DNA from: a virus
IMG/VR virus record: IMGVR_UViG_3300044691_000229
Span: 3,659 to 67,658 of that record
Direction: 5' to 3' (one strand)
DNA: 64,000 nt
How positions within the stretch are numbered: the stretch's first letter is position 1; the number at the start of each line of letters is the position of its first letter. The notes below the pieces were generated by a model. The model had not been told where the DNA came from and did no database searches. It saw only the letters and a list, made by a program, of their open reading frames with translations. Shown here piece after piece: positions 17,722 through 26,740 of this stretch. Position numbers and translations under genes: made by a program.

Positions 17722-19271
17722 CTGCACACTGCGTAATATCCAAAGCGAACAAGGCGCTGCTGGTCCCCACCACGGGGCAGACCACTAATATGTTTCCAGA
17801 GGCGCCGCCGCTGGATGACTGGCTGGTTGTGCCGCATGATCTGCCACGGACTGTGATGCTCCGGGCGCTGGGCTACGAAGTACCGAACCCCATGCTCTGC
17901 TACTACGACTGGCCCGGCGGGAAGCCATTTGCTGTGCAGCGCAGAACCTGCGATCTCATGACCACGGCAGCGCGCTGCTATGTGCTCAACTCCATGGGCA
18001 CCGGCAAGACGAAGGCGACGCTGTGGGCGTGGGATTATCTGCATAGCCATGGCTATGCAGGGAAACTTCTGGTCGTCGCGACGCTCTCGACGCTGCGGTT
18101 CGTCTGGCAGGCCGAGGCCTTCTCAACTCTCCCACACAGAAAGGTAGCAATCTTACATGGTACGAAGAAACAACGCCTCGAACGGCTCGCGGAAGACGCG
18201 GATATATACGTTATCAATCACGATGGACTTAGAACCATACAAGCAGAGCTTGTGCAGCGGACCGACATTGATGTGCTCTGCCTCGACGAAGTGGCTGTGT
18301 ACCGAAATAATTCAGATCGCTCAAAGGATATGCGAAAGTTCGGACAGCGATTTAAGATCGTCTGGGGTCTCACTGGACGTCCTATGCCAAATGAACCCAC
18401 CGACGTCTGGGGCATCTCCAAAGTCGTTACGCCTGGCACCTCGCCGAAATATTTCCGGCAAGCCCAGGAAATGCTGATGCACAAGATCAACGCCTTCAAG
18501 TTTGTGCCGAAGCCAGAGGCGATAGAACGCGCCATCGCCATGCTTCAGCCGAACGTGAGGTTTGATCTTGACGCTGTGGTGGAGCTGCCCGAGGTGATAC
18601 ACCGCACGATCGACGTGCCGCTGACGCCGCTACAGGCCAGCGTCTACAAGAAGCTCGCCAACGAGTTCACGGCAGAAGTAGGCAAAGCCCAGGTGACTGC
18701 AGTGAACGCCGCGGTCGCCATGGGTAAGCTGCTACAAGTGAGTGGTGGCTGGGTCTACGCCAATCCGGTCGGCGCCATCAACGTGTTCAAGGTCGACGAG
18801 CCGATGCCCAGGCATCAGATGCTGATCGACCTGATCAACGAGAACGAGCGCAAGGTGATCGTGTATGTGCCGTTCAGGCATGCGATCGAGGGGCTCTCTC
18901 CTATCCTCGCCGCCGCCGATATCGAGCACTGCGTGGTACACGGAGATGTGACCGGCCGGGGAGAGATATTTAACCAGTTCCAGTTCACTGACAAGTACAA
19001 AGTCCTCTTAGCTCACCCACAATGTGTGGCTCACGGTCTCACGCTGACCGCCGCCGACACCGTGATCTGGTACATGCCGATCACGTCGCTGGATATTTTC
19101 GAGCAGGCTAACGCCCGCATCACCCGCGTCGGGCAAAAGCACAAACAGAAAATCCTGATGCTTCAATCAACAAATGTTGAGCGCAAGATTTATGGCTTGC
19201 TGCAGCGGAAGCAAAAAGTGCAAGACACGCTGCTTGAATTACTCGCCGACGCTACAGAGAAAGCAGCCTAG
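17718..19271 (+). CDS. SNF2-family helicase
   Basis: MGTGKT, LDEV, LTGRP, KLLQ, HGLTL, QANARITRVGQ. Confidence 0.9.
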   Translation: MTAHCVISKANKALLVPTTGQTTNMFPEAPPLDDWLVVPHDLPRTVMLRALGYEVPNPMLCYYDWPGGKPFAVQRRTCDLMTTAARCYVLNSMGTGKTKATLWAWDYLHSHGYAGKLLVVATLSTLRFVWQAEAFSTLPHRKVAILHGTKKQRLERLAEDADIYVINHDGLRTIQAELVQRTDIDVLCLDEVAVYRNNSDRSKDMRKFGQRFKIVWGLTGRPMPNEPTDVWGISKVVTPGTSPKYFRQAQEMLMHKINAFKFVPKPEAIERAIAMLQPNVRFDLDAVVELPEVIHRTIDVPLTPLQASVYKKLANEFTAEVGKAQVTAVNAAVAMGKLLQVSGGWVYANPVGAINVFKVDEPMPRHQMLIDLINENERKVIVYVPFRHAIEGLSPILAAADIEHCVVHGDVTGRGEIFNQFQFTDKYKVLLAHPQCVAHGLTLTAADTVIWYMPITSLDIFEQANARITRVGQKHKQKILMLQSTNVERKIYGLLQRKQKVQDTLLELLADATEKAA

Positions 19272-19439
19272 TGCCCGACGCGGCAGAAGCGGTGCCAGTG
19301 CCCGACACGGCAGAGGATGTGATCGCGCGAAGGTTCGCGCCAGCGACTGGCTACTCGTTGATGGGCCAAGACTTGGCCCGTCTGCCACGCGACGATCTGA
19401 TCAAACTCGTCATCCTGTTAGGAACAAAGGAAGGAATTT

Positions 19440-19877
19440 ATGGACGCTATCTCAAACACGACGACAACGGCCTCTCCCACGGTTTCGACCACAGTCGAAA
19501 AGCGCGTTAAGCAATACATCGAACTCCGCGACGTGCTCAAGAAAATGGACGACGCCCACGACGAGGCTAAGAAGCCCCTCGTGGAGTTGCAGAATTTGTT
19601 AACCGGTTGGATGCAGAACTTCCTGGAGCAGGCCGGCGCCGATAGCGTCAAAACCAGTGAAGGCACGTGCTACTCAACCACCCGGTTCACTGCCTCTCTC
19701 GCGGACCCCGAAGCATTTATGGCTTTTGTCAAGACCACCGATAATTTCGATCTCCTCGACCGCAAGGCCAACGTCACTGCGGTGAAGGACTATGTTTCCG
19801 AGAATGGGACGCTCCCGCCCGGCGTTAATCTGAGCTCGATCCGCACGGTGGGGGTCCGACGCGCGTCGGGGAAATAA
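19440..19877 (+). CDS. Hypothetical protein of the replication module
   Basis: Strong RBS; coiled-coil N-terminus, SVKT..GT, LPPGVN pattern. Confidence 0.75.
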   Translation: MDAISNTTTTASPTVSTTVEKRVKQYIELRDVLKKMDDAHDEAKKPLVELQNLLTGWMQNFLEQAGADSVKTSEGTCYSTTRFTASLADPEAFMAFVKTTDNFDLLDRKANVTAVKDYVSENGTLPPGVNLSSIRTVGVRRASGK

Positions 19878-19880
19878 GGT

Positions 19881-20324
19881 ATGGGGGGCTGGGCCACACC
19901 GGAAGCACGTCGGCGGTGGAAAGACGCCAACCGCGAGAAGACATGCGCTCAGGAACGCGCACGGTATGCGGCCAATCCGACCCCGCGAAAAGCGCAGCGC
20001 AAAGCACACTACTACGCCAATCTAGATCGGCGCCGTGCATACGCGCGGGAGTACCAATTCCGGCAGAAGTTCGGAATTACAATAGAAGACAAGAAAAATT
20101 TACTCGCCGCACAGGGCGGCAGGTGTGCAATATGTAGCTCAGACAAACCTGGGAGCCGAAACGGCTGGGCTCTAGATCATTGCCACAAGACCAATTCAGT
20201 TCGCGGTGTCTTGTGTCACCCATGCAATATCGGGCTTGGCGGGTTTAGAGACAACCCGGCGGCTCTTACCGCGGCGATAATTTATCTGTCCCAACATGGA
20301 GTTTCGCAATGTCCACGGACTTAA
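19881..20324 (+). CDS. Endonuclease VII-family HNH endonuclease
   Basis: Q.GRCAIC...LDHCH.T..VRGVLC..CN.GLG.F.D; basic N-terminus. Confidence 0.9.
   Translation: MGGWATPEARRRWKDANREKTCAQERARYAANPTPRKAQRKAHYYANLDRRRAYAREYQFRQKFGITIEDKKNLLAAQGGRCAICSSDKPGSRNGWALDHCHKTNSVRGVLCHPCNIGLGGFRDNPAALTAAIIYLSQHGVSQCPRT
20266..20280. repeat. Degenerate palindrome copy TTACCGCGGCGATAA
   Basis: 1 arm mismatch. Confidence 0.55.
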
Positions 20325-21478
20325 TGAATATTTCTAGTTTCAAAGGTATCGCCCCCGCGGCGGCCTTCGCTGCGCTGGACCCCCACGCTGAAAGTCTGGC
20401 CGATGGTATCGGATCAAGCTACGGCATCGTCGGCTACAAAGGCAAAGTCTGGTCTCTTCGCTTAAGAGGAGAGACCTACATGTTCGTGCGGCCTGATGAC
20501 GGCTCACCGGCTGCGTTCCTCGACGTGATCATCCTGCGCCAGCTGCCGAACAAGTCGAAGAGCTACTACCCCAAAGACACCTATCAGGACGGCGCGATTG
20601 GCATTCGGCCCGTCTGCGCGGCACTGGATGGCATCACGCCTGATGCTGACATTGCCGAGCCGCAGAGCAACGCCTGCGCCATCTGCCCGCGCAACGTGTT
20701 CAAGATCAACCCCGAGGGCCGCAAGACCCGTGAATGCAGCGACTACAAGCGGCTCGCGGTGCTGATCCTGCCCTCCATGACCAAGGCGCTTCTCGGTGCT
20801 CCGCTGATGGAGCCAGTGTTCCTGCGTGTGCCGGCGGCGTCTCTGAACGATCTCGCTCTGATGGGGGAGGGCATGTCCGCCCAGGGCTTCCACTATTCGA
20901 GCTACATCACCCGGATTGGGTTCAACCCGGAGAAACCGCATCCCCAGATGACTTTTAGGGCCTTGCAGGCCTTGACGAACAAAGAAGGTCCAGTGGTGCT
21001 CCCGCTGCGTGAAGACCCCACGGCGCTCCGGATCACGGGTGAGAATGAGGTAGGGAAATCCAGGCCCGCGGCCATCGGACAGGTCCAGCCGGGGTCTGCC
21101 GCACAACCCCAATCCCAGCCTGATCCGGCCGCTGCCGCTATCGTAGCTGCTGCCAATGCTGCCGCTGCAGCGAAGGAAGCCCAGGTAGAGAAGGACTTGC
21201 GAGAAGCTAAAGCGGCCGAGGCGGCACGGGAAGCAGCCGCCGCCAAGACCGCCAGCGCGCCCGTGGATACAGGTTTCGGAGACGTTGGCGAGACGGCATC
21301 CCCGTCGCTCCAGCCCGCCCAGACCCTCCAGACCGGCGCGGTGGACGGGTTTGACACCAGTGGCGCGGGGGTAGCAACCCAGACCAGCCCCACCATGAAC
21401 ACCGTATCTGACACAGGAGCTCCGGAAGATGCCGATGCCGACCTAGACGCCCGGATCGCGGCACTCCTGCCGAAATGA
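20309..21478 (+). CDS. Putative ssDNA-binding/annealing protein with Cys motif and acidic tail
   Basis: Located between helicase and primase; C...CAICP..C motif; low-complexity acidic C-terminus. Confidence 0.55.
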   Translation: MSTDLMNISSFKGIAPAAAFAALDPHAESLADGIGSSYGIVGYKGKVWSLRLRGETYMFVRPDDGSPAAFLDVIILRQLPNKSKSYYPKDTYQDGAIGIRPVCAALDGITPDADIAEPQSNACAICPRNVFKINPEGRKTRECSDYKRLAVLILPSMTKALLGAPLMEPVFLRVPAASLNDLALMGEGMSAQGFHYSSYITRIGFNPEKPHPQMTFRALQALTNKEGPVVLPLREDPTALRITGENEVGKSRPAAIGQVQPGSAAQPQSQPDPAAAAIVAAANAAAAAKEAQVEKDLREAKAAEAAREAAAAKTASAPVDTGFGDVGETASPSLQPAQTLQTGAVDGFDTSGAGVATQTSPTMNTVSDTGAPEDADADLDARIAALLPK

Positions 21479-21481
21479 TCC

Positions 21482-24400
21482 GTGACGGACTGGAACGCAG
21501 TATCGGCCTTCATGGCCAATGTTGTTACGTGGCCGGGGACCCCACAGGACCCCGGTTACGTGAATTTGCACTACTCGATGCCCAACCAGAAGCCGACCCC
21601 CACGAGGCCCCTGATCAAGGGCATGGGGTGGCCGTTCAAGACCATAGAGAGCTTTATCGACCGCGCCTCGTGGGTCACCACGGTCCCGACTAAATTCAAG
21701 GACGTGTGGTTCTGCACGTCGCTCCAGAGCAGTTCTGCCACCAACACCAAGGGCAAGCCCAAGGCGGTTCGGCTGGCCGCCAATGCCATCAAGGTAAAAG
21801 CGCTCTGGATTGACGCAGACGTCGGTGCGCCAGAGCCCGGCAAGAAGCCGAAGTATTCGACGATCCAGGACGCCCTTAAGGCGATCCTCCTGTTTGCCAA
21901 GACTGTCGGGCTCCCTGACCCCAGCGCGATCGTCTACTCAGGCGGCGGTGTCCATGTCTACTGGATAAGCAAGGACCCTCTCGACCCCGAGCAGTGGGCG
22001 CCCTATGCCAGCGGCCTGAAGAACCTGCTGCTGGCGAACAACATCCTGTGTGACGCCGGCCTCACGACGGACATCGCGCGCATCCTGCGGGTACCAGGGA
22101 CCTTCAATCACAAGTACGACCCACCAAAGCCAGTAACGCTGGCAACCATGCCGCTCAAGCTGTATGATTTCGAGCTACAGCTGGCGTGTCTCAAAACCTT
22201 CGCTGGTCCGGTTACGTCGGCGAGCGCACCCAAACCCCAGCCGGAAATATTCGCCGAGGGGGCCGATCTCGAAAGTTTCAAGAGACCACCAGTGTTCAAG
22301 CCGGCCACGCCGGAGCCTGATCTGAACGCTGGCATAGACAAATTCGACGAGACGCTACTAAAGGCCGCACCCATCTTCAAAGAGTGCGGGTTCTATAAAG
22401 AAGCGCTCCTTAGCGGAGGAGCCAACTACGGGAACGAGCTATGGATGTACTCCGTGCTTGGCTCCACGTTCATGGAGAACGGCAATGCAATTGCACACGC
22501 GATATCGAAGGGGCATGCGACTTATTCCGAGGCTGACACACAGGCGCTCTATGATCGGAAAGTGGCTGAACGACATGATCGGGGAATTGGATACCCCAGC
22601 TGCACAACCATTCAGGGTGCTGGCTGCACGGCGTGCGCGACGTGCCCGCTGCTCGCGAAAGGGAAGTCACCGCTCAATATAAGGGACAAAATTACCGCCA
22701 CGGTAAATCCGAAGGTCCAGAGCGCCGCGGCGGCCCAGGTCGGCCTCCCGAACGGGTTTGACCTGAACGGTGACGGGGTGATCTGCAAAGTCCTAGAAGA
22801 AGAGGACGACGACGATGGCGAAATCACCCCCATCCTCGTGCCGCTGTTCCAGTGCACCATGAGCGACTTTTGGCTGCAGAAACACCCGGGCGAACATATA
22901 AATTTTACCATGACCGTGGATAAAGGTCACACCGAGCAGACATCAGTCGATCTTGGTCAAGTTGCAGCTCACGGTTTTCCAGCGTATCTCTGCAACCGTA
23001 GAGTTCTGATCGACACTAAAGGTGAGCGTTACCTAAAGGAGTTTTTCTTGCACCTGATTGGCAAATTGCGCGCAATGGCCGCCGCACAGACTTCAACCCC
23101 ATTCGGATGGTACAGCGTCAACGGAGTTCGACGCGGTTTCGTCTTCGGTGGGACCATCATGATGGACGATGGCACAGAGCGCCCGTGCGGTGCGACTGAC
23201 CCGAACATCTCCCGCATGTACCAGCCCAAGGGTGATCTCGAAGAGTGGCTGAAGGCAGCGAACAGCACCCTGGACCGGCAGCGGCCAGAGCTGACGGCGA
23301 TCATCCTGACAGCGTTCGCTTCGCCGTTGATCTCCTTCACCGATCACAACAGCTTGATGATCGCAGCAAGCGGGACCGATAGCGGGGCCGGCAAGTCGTC
23401 AGCTGCCAAGATCGGACTGTCCGTGTGGGGCGACCCAATCCTGACCAAGGGGACCGAGAGCCAGACGGTGAACAACATCACCACCGTGATGAAGACAATC
23501 CGAAATCTGCCCTTCTATTGGGACGAGATCACCGCCGAAGCCGAGCGCGAGAAGATCGCCAAGGTCATGATGGAGGCGGACGGTGGCAAGGAAAAAGGCC
23601 GCAACAAGGACGGCGCCACCACACAGGCGGCAGGGACGTGGCAGCTGATGCTGAGCTACACTGCCAACTTCAGCCTGAAGGAACATCTCCGGAAGCGTAA
23701 CAATACGACAAGCGCCCAGCTTATGCGCTGTCTGGAGTGGGAGGTGAAGCGTGTTCAAGGCGGCGCCGGCCACATGCAGACGGCCGACGCTGACGTGCTG
23801 GTAGGCCTGACCCGCCACAATCACGGCCTGATGGGGATGATCTACGCCAAATACCTCGCGCTCAACCACGAGCGTATCGCGCAGGAGGTTCTCGCCAAAT
23901 GCAAGGCAGTGCAGACGCTGCTGAAGCCAGGCGACGACGAGCGCTTCTGGACTACCGGCGTCGCACTGATGACCATCGCTGCGAAGTATGCGCGAGACTG
24001 CGGGCTCAACGTCGATCCCGATGCGGTCGAGAAATTCATGTATCAGGTCTACCAGAAAAATCTCGAAGAGCGGGATCGATTTGCAAGCGGCGGTCACGTT
24101 GACAACTCCGAGACCGTGCTGACCCGATATCTCAGAGAGCGTGAAGCGCAGCAGCGTGTCGTATGGACCAACTACATGCACAACAAGCAGGGAAAGCCAT
24201 CGAAGCCGGTGCTGATCCTGAAGGGGCCGATGGAAGCACGCAACAATATTGGCGCCGTCGAGGTGAGGTTCGCACAGCAGAACGAGATTTGCGTGATCGC
24301 GAAGACCGACTTCGACGCCTACCTGGCCGAATACAAACACTCCGAGACGCAGATTTATGCCTCGCTCGCGACGGTCTACGACTACAAGCAGCAGAAGCTG

Positions 24401-24646
24401 CAAATATGCTCCGGGTATGTACAGGACCCCGGCCGGGAAGACTGCATCGTGCTACACCTCAAGAAAGGCACGCCGCTGTGGCATTACCTTATGACTGGTA
24501 TGCCGCCCGAGGAGAAGGAGAAGCTAGAAGAGGGGCTGGAAGTAGAGCCAGTAGACACTGGTATACTAACTATCGATCCAGTGACCGGGCGGCCAAACGC
24601 CGCGTCCGTTATAGCATTCGTACAAGGAGCAACGCGTGGACCGTGA
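21482..24646 (+). CDS. Primase-helicase (RepB-like primase, Cys cluster, DUF927-like/P-loop domain)
   Basis: LWIDAD, SGGGVHVYW, D.ARILRVPGT.N.K; C..CATCP; SGAGKSS Walker A, WDE Walker B. Confidence 0.85.
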   Translation: MTDWNAVSAFMANVVTWPGTPQDPGYVNLHYSMPNQKPTPTRPLIKGMGWPFKTIESFIDRASWVTTVPTKFKDVWFCTSLQSSSATNTKGKPKAVRLAANAIKVKALWIDADVGAPEPGKKPKYSTIQDALKAILLFAKTVGLPDPSAIVYSGGGVHVYWISKDPLDPEQWAPYASGLKNLLLANNILCDAGLTTDIARILRVPGTFNHKYDPPKPVTLATMPLKLYDFELQLACLKTFAGPVTSASAPKPQPEIFAEGADLESFKRPPVFKPATPEPDLNAGIDKFDETLLKAAPIFKECGFYKEALLSGGANYGNELWMYSVLGSTFMENGNAIAHAISKGHATYSEADTQALYDRKVAERHDRGIGYPSCTTIQGAGCTACATCPLLAKGKSPLNIRDKITATVNPKVQSAAAAQVGLPNGFDLNGDGVICKVLEEEDDDDGEITPILVPLFQCTMSDFWLQKHPGEHINFTMTVDKGHTEQTSVDLGQVAAHGFPAYLCNRRVLIDTKGERYLKEFFLHLIGKLRAMAAAQTSTPFGWYSVNGVRRGFVFGGTIMMDDGTERPCGATDPNISRMYQPKGDLEEWLKAANSTLDRQRPELTAIILTAFASPLISFTDHNSLMIAASGTDSGAGKSSAAKIGLSVWGDPILTKGTESQTVNNITTVMKTIRNLPFYWDEITAEAEREKIAKVMMEADGGKEKGRNKDGATTQAAGTWQLMLSYTANFSLKEHLRKRNNTTSAQLMRCLEWEVKRVQGGAGHMQTADADVLVGLTRHNHGLMGMIYAKYLALNHERIAQEVLAKCKAVQTLLKPGDDERFWTTGVALMTIAAKYARDCGLNVDPDAVEKFMYQVYQKNLEERDRFASGGHVDNSETVLTRYLREREAQQRVVWTNYMHNKQGKPSKPVLILKGPMEARNNIGAVEVRFAQQNEICVIAKTDFDAYLAEYKHSETQIYASLATVYDYKQQKLQICSGYVQDPGREDCIVLHLKKGTPLWHYLMTGMPPEEKEKLEEGLEVEPVDTGILTIDPVTGRPNAASVIAFVQGATRGP
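22692..22706. repeat. Dispersed palindrome copy TTACCGCCACGGTAA
   Basis: Perfect arms; inside the primase (ITATVN). Confidence 0.95.
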
Positions 24647-24869
24647 GAAGCTCGCCAAGCTGTTGGCGCTGACGACATCGGATAATGACCATGAAGCGCT
24701 CAGCGCTATGCGCGCAGCAAACCGCATGCTCAGAGAGGTTGGCAAAATCTGGGAAGATGTCCTGGAGGGCCCGGAGAGGGTGCTCAGTATATCGATAAGC
24801 CGCCCTCACGCAGTGCCCGAGGAATTCTATCAGGCTATGGAAGAGTGGAGACGGAGACCAAAACGATGA
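24636..24869 (+). CDS. DUF2786-like small protein
   Basis: KLAKLLAL..SDN.HEA.SA...A.RML. Confidence 0.65.
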   Translation: MDREKLAKLLALTTSDNDHEALSAMRAANRMLREVGKIWEDVLEGPERVLSISISRPHAVPEEFYQAMEEWRRRPKR

Positions 24870-25105
24870 GCTTCGGAAATAAGGGTGGCGGATCACGCAT
24901 CCCGAGACAATACCCAGAACAGGTCACGACCAGCTTGACCGCTGAGCACTATGCCTATTTGCAGCTAAAAAGACGGCACGAGATCGGACACCTGTCGCTC
25001 GCCGACGTGATGCGAGAGTGCATCGAGCGCTGCCAGGAACTAGACGCCACCACCCTGGACAAAACAGAAAACATATCGACTACCGCCATACCCGCCTCCG
25101 CCTAG
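24866..25105 (+). CDS. Putative ribbon-helix-helix DNA-binding protein
   Basis: Beta strand VTTSL, helix EHYAYLQ, SLADVMRECIER. Confidence 0.5.
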   Translation: MSFGNKGGGSRIPRQYPEQVTTSLTAEHYAYLQLKRRHEIGHLSLADVMRECIERCQELDATTLDKTENISTTAIPASA

Positions 25106-25441
25106 GAAGATCACAGCGTGTCCTGTCGGGTTGCCGCGGTCCCACTTTAACTTGGTGTCCGGCACCTCGATCTCGGTACCGATCTCTACGTGTGGCCGGC
25201 CCAGCATCGCGTCGTCGCGATCGTCGGTGATGACAGCGTAGGTCTTGCCGTCTTTCACGAATAACTTATCTGCCCAGTAGGCGTCAGCCACGCCGCAACA
25301 CGAGGTCGTTGGGTTGTCCGGCTGCTTGAGGCTCTCATACCACTCGTTGAACTCTGGATGCTCCATATCGTGGGCGAACACTGGGATCGCCAGCCAGAAC
25401 AGCCAAGCGTAAATTACCGTCACGGTAACGACCTTTTTCAT
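25040..25441 (-). CDS. Secreted/periplasmic hypothetical protein (SCCG motif)
   Basis: Signal peptide MKKVV...VFA; W...L.QPD...SCCG.AD; FCF. Confidence 0.7.
   Translation of the reverse strand: MKKVVTVTVIYAWLFWLAIPVFAHDMEHPEFNEWYESLKQPDNPTTSCCGVADAYWADKLFVKDGKTYAVITDDRDDAMLGRPHVEIGTEIEVPDTKLKWDRGNPTGHAVIFLGGGGYGGSRYVFCFVQGGGV
25414..25428. repeat. Dispersed palindrome copy TTACCGTCACGGTAA
   Basis: Perfect arms; in the signal peptide (VTVTVI). Confidence 0.95.
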
Positions 25442-25665
25442 TTCATCCTCACTGAGAGATAAGTCCCCAAGGCGGCGCCGGTGGTGGCGGGGATAACCAG
25501 CCACGGATCACTGACATATTCGGTGATGGAGAACGCCCCGCACACCATGATGCCGGCGGCATAGAGGGCGGCAGCGGGAGCGCGACTGGCACTAACCGCA
25601 GTAGTCCAGGATGCATAAAAATAATCAGTCACAGCCATGGCGGCGAAGACGGCGAGCCACTTCAT
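25438..25665 (-). CDS. Small membrane protein (MKWLAVF...)
   Basis: Three hydrophobic segments; ATGA coupling. Confidence 0.7.
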   Translation of the reverse strand: MKWLAVFAAMAVTDYFYASWTTAVSASRAPAAALYAAGIMVCGAFSITEYVSDPWLVIPATTGAALGTYLSVRMK

Positions 25666-25826
25666 CGCAAATCCTCGCATTTTGAAGATCGCCCAATTGG
25701 ACTAGACTGCCTCATACAGCGATGCCACTCGGTTTCTTGATCCGGATTAGCAGGCTTGTCGTATGTGGCGAAGTCATCTCCACATCCAGACAGCAGAAGA
25801 AGCATTAGAGGGGCGAGCCACTTCAT
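25662..25826 (-). CDS. Predicted lipoprotein (54 aa, MKWLAPLMLLLLSGC...), not in the ORF track
   Basis: Lipobox LSGC; ATGA coupling on both sides. Confidence 0.7.
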   Translation of the reverse strand: MKWLAPLMLLLLSGCGDDFATYDKPANPDQETEWHRCMRQSSPIGRSSKCEDLR

Positions 25827-26035
25827 TGGGCCTCCAGCCGCTTGATGGTCTCCTGCACGCTCTCCTGCACGCAGGTAAAGCCGTTGCTGGTGACAATCTT
25901 GGCGTTGGCGTTGTCTTTGCAGAGGGTGTTTGGCTTGGTCACGGCGATGGCCTGGAGCTTGGCCACCCAGACGGGGGCGCCGGACGGATCGGTGAAGAGA
26001 GCGAAGATCGTGAAGAGGGGGGCGAGGTATCTCAT
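25823..26035 (-). CDS. Hypothetical protein
   Basis: Hydrophobic N-terminus; coupled. Confidence 0.6.
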   Translation of the reverse strand: MRYLAPLFTIFALFTDPSGAPVWVAKLQAIAVTKPNTLCKDNANAKIVTSNGFTCVQESVQETIKRLEAQ

Positions 26036-26217
26036 TTCGGTCTCCGCTTGAGCAGCTTCACCTGCTTGGCGCGGAATTGCAATTTGCCGTTCTTAACGCG
26101 ATAGTCGATCTTGTGTGACATCCCGCAGTTGCAGCACTGCTCGTGTTGGCCGAGCCACGAAATGGTGACCCATTCACCATCCCAAACCTGCAGTGTTGGT
26201 CGCCATCGCGGGGGCAT
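26032..26217 (-). CDS. Hypothetical protein with CCxCxxxH motif
   Basis: QCCNCGMSH. Confidence 0.6.
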   Translation of the reverse strand: MPPRWRPTLQVWDGEWVTISWLGQHEQCCNCGMSHKIDYRVKNGKLQFRAKQVKLLKRRPK

Positions 26218-26400
26218 TGATCACACCCAGTCCGGAAGATCGTATTCGAACAAAGGCTGCGGATCATCAGCCACATGATACTGGCGTCGGCGGGACCGGC
26301 CGGTCGCTGTTTTCTTTTGTCGGAGCTTTTGCGGCTGGCACATGATTTAACTCCGGATGACATCGGCGGCAGAGAACGGCTAGGATGTAGTGCTCGCAGA

Positions 26401-26691
26401 TCATTTTCGCGGCATAACAGTCTTAAGGACCTTGGTCTCACCCTCTTCCTTGCACTCTACGGGCTGGACGCCTTTGCCCTTGTTCACAGTGATTGCGCCC
26501 GGCTTGCCATAGGCGCTATCCTTGCCGTAGTCTTGGAGCTTGGCGTCAGGGTTCTTGTATGGCTTCAGGCTGGCGTAGCTCTGGTCCTCGCCGTCGCTTT
26601 CCTTCAGGAAACTACGGCTGCGCCCGAGGGCAGCGCCGCCCTTGGCAGCGTCCAGATCGCGAGGCTTCTCGCCCTTCACATAATCCGACAT
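26401..26691 (-). CDS. Hypothetical protein
   Basis: RBS GGAG; hydrophilic. Confidence 0.65.
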   Translation of the reverse strand: MSDYVKGEKPRDLDAAKGGAALGRSRSFLKESDGEDQSYASLKPYKNPDAKLQDYGKDSAYGKPGAITVNKGKGVQPVECKEEGETKVLKTVMPRK

Positions 26692-26707
26692 TTTGGCTCT
26701 CCGCTTG

Positions 26708-26722
26708 TTACCGCCACGGTAA
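26708..26722. repeat. Dispersed palindrome copy TTACCGCCACGGTAA
   Basis: Perfect arms; intergenic. Confidence 0.95.
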
Positions 26723-26740
26723 TTCTCCGGGCCTTAAAAA

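Noticed and set aside
23399-24403. Long antisense ORFs (334 aa here; also 10558..11514, 40034..40951, 47311..48090, 57308..58150)
   Set aside because: Shadow frames of real genes in GC-rich DNA, with no motifs
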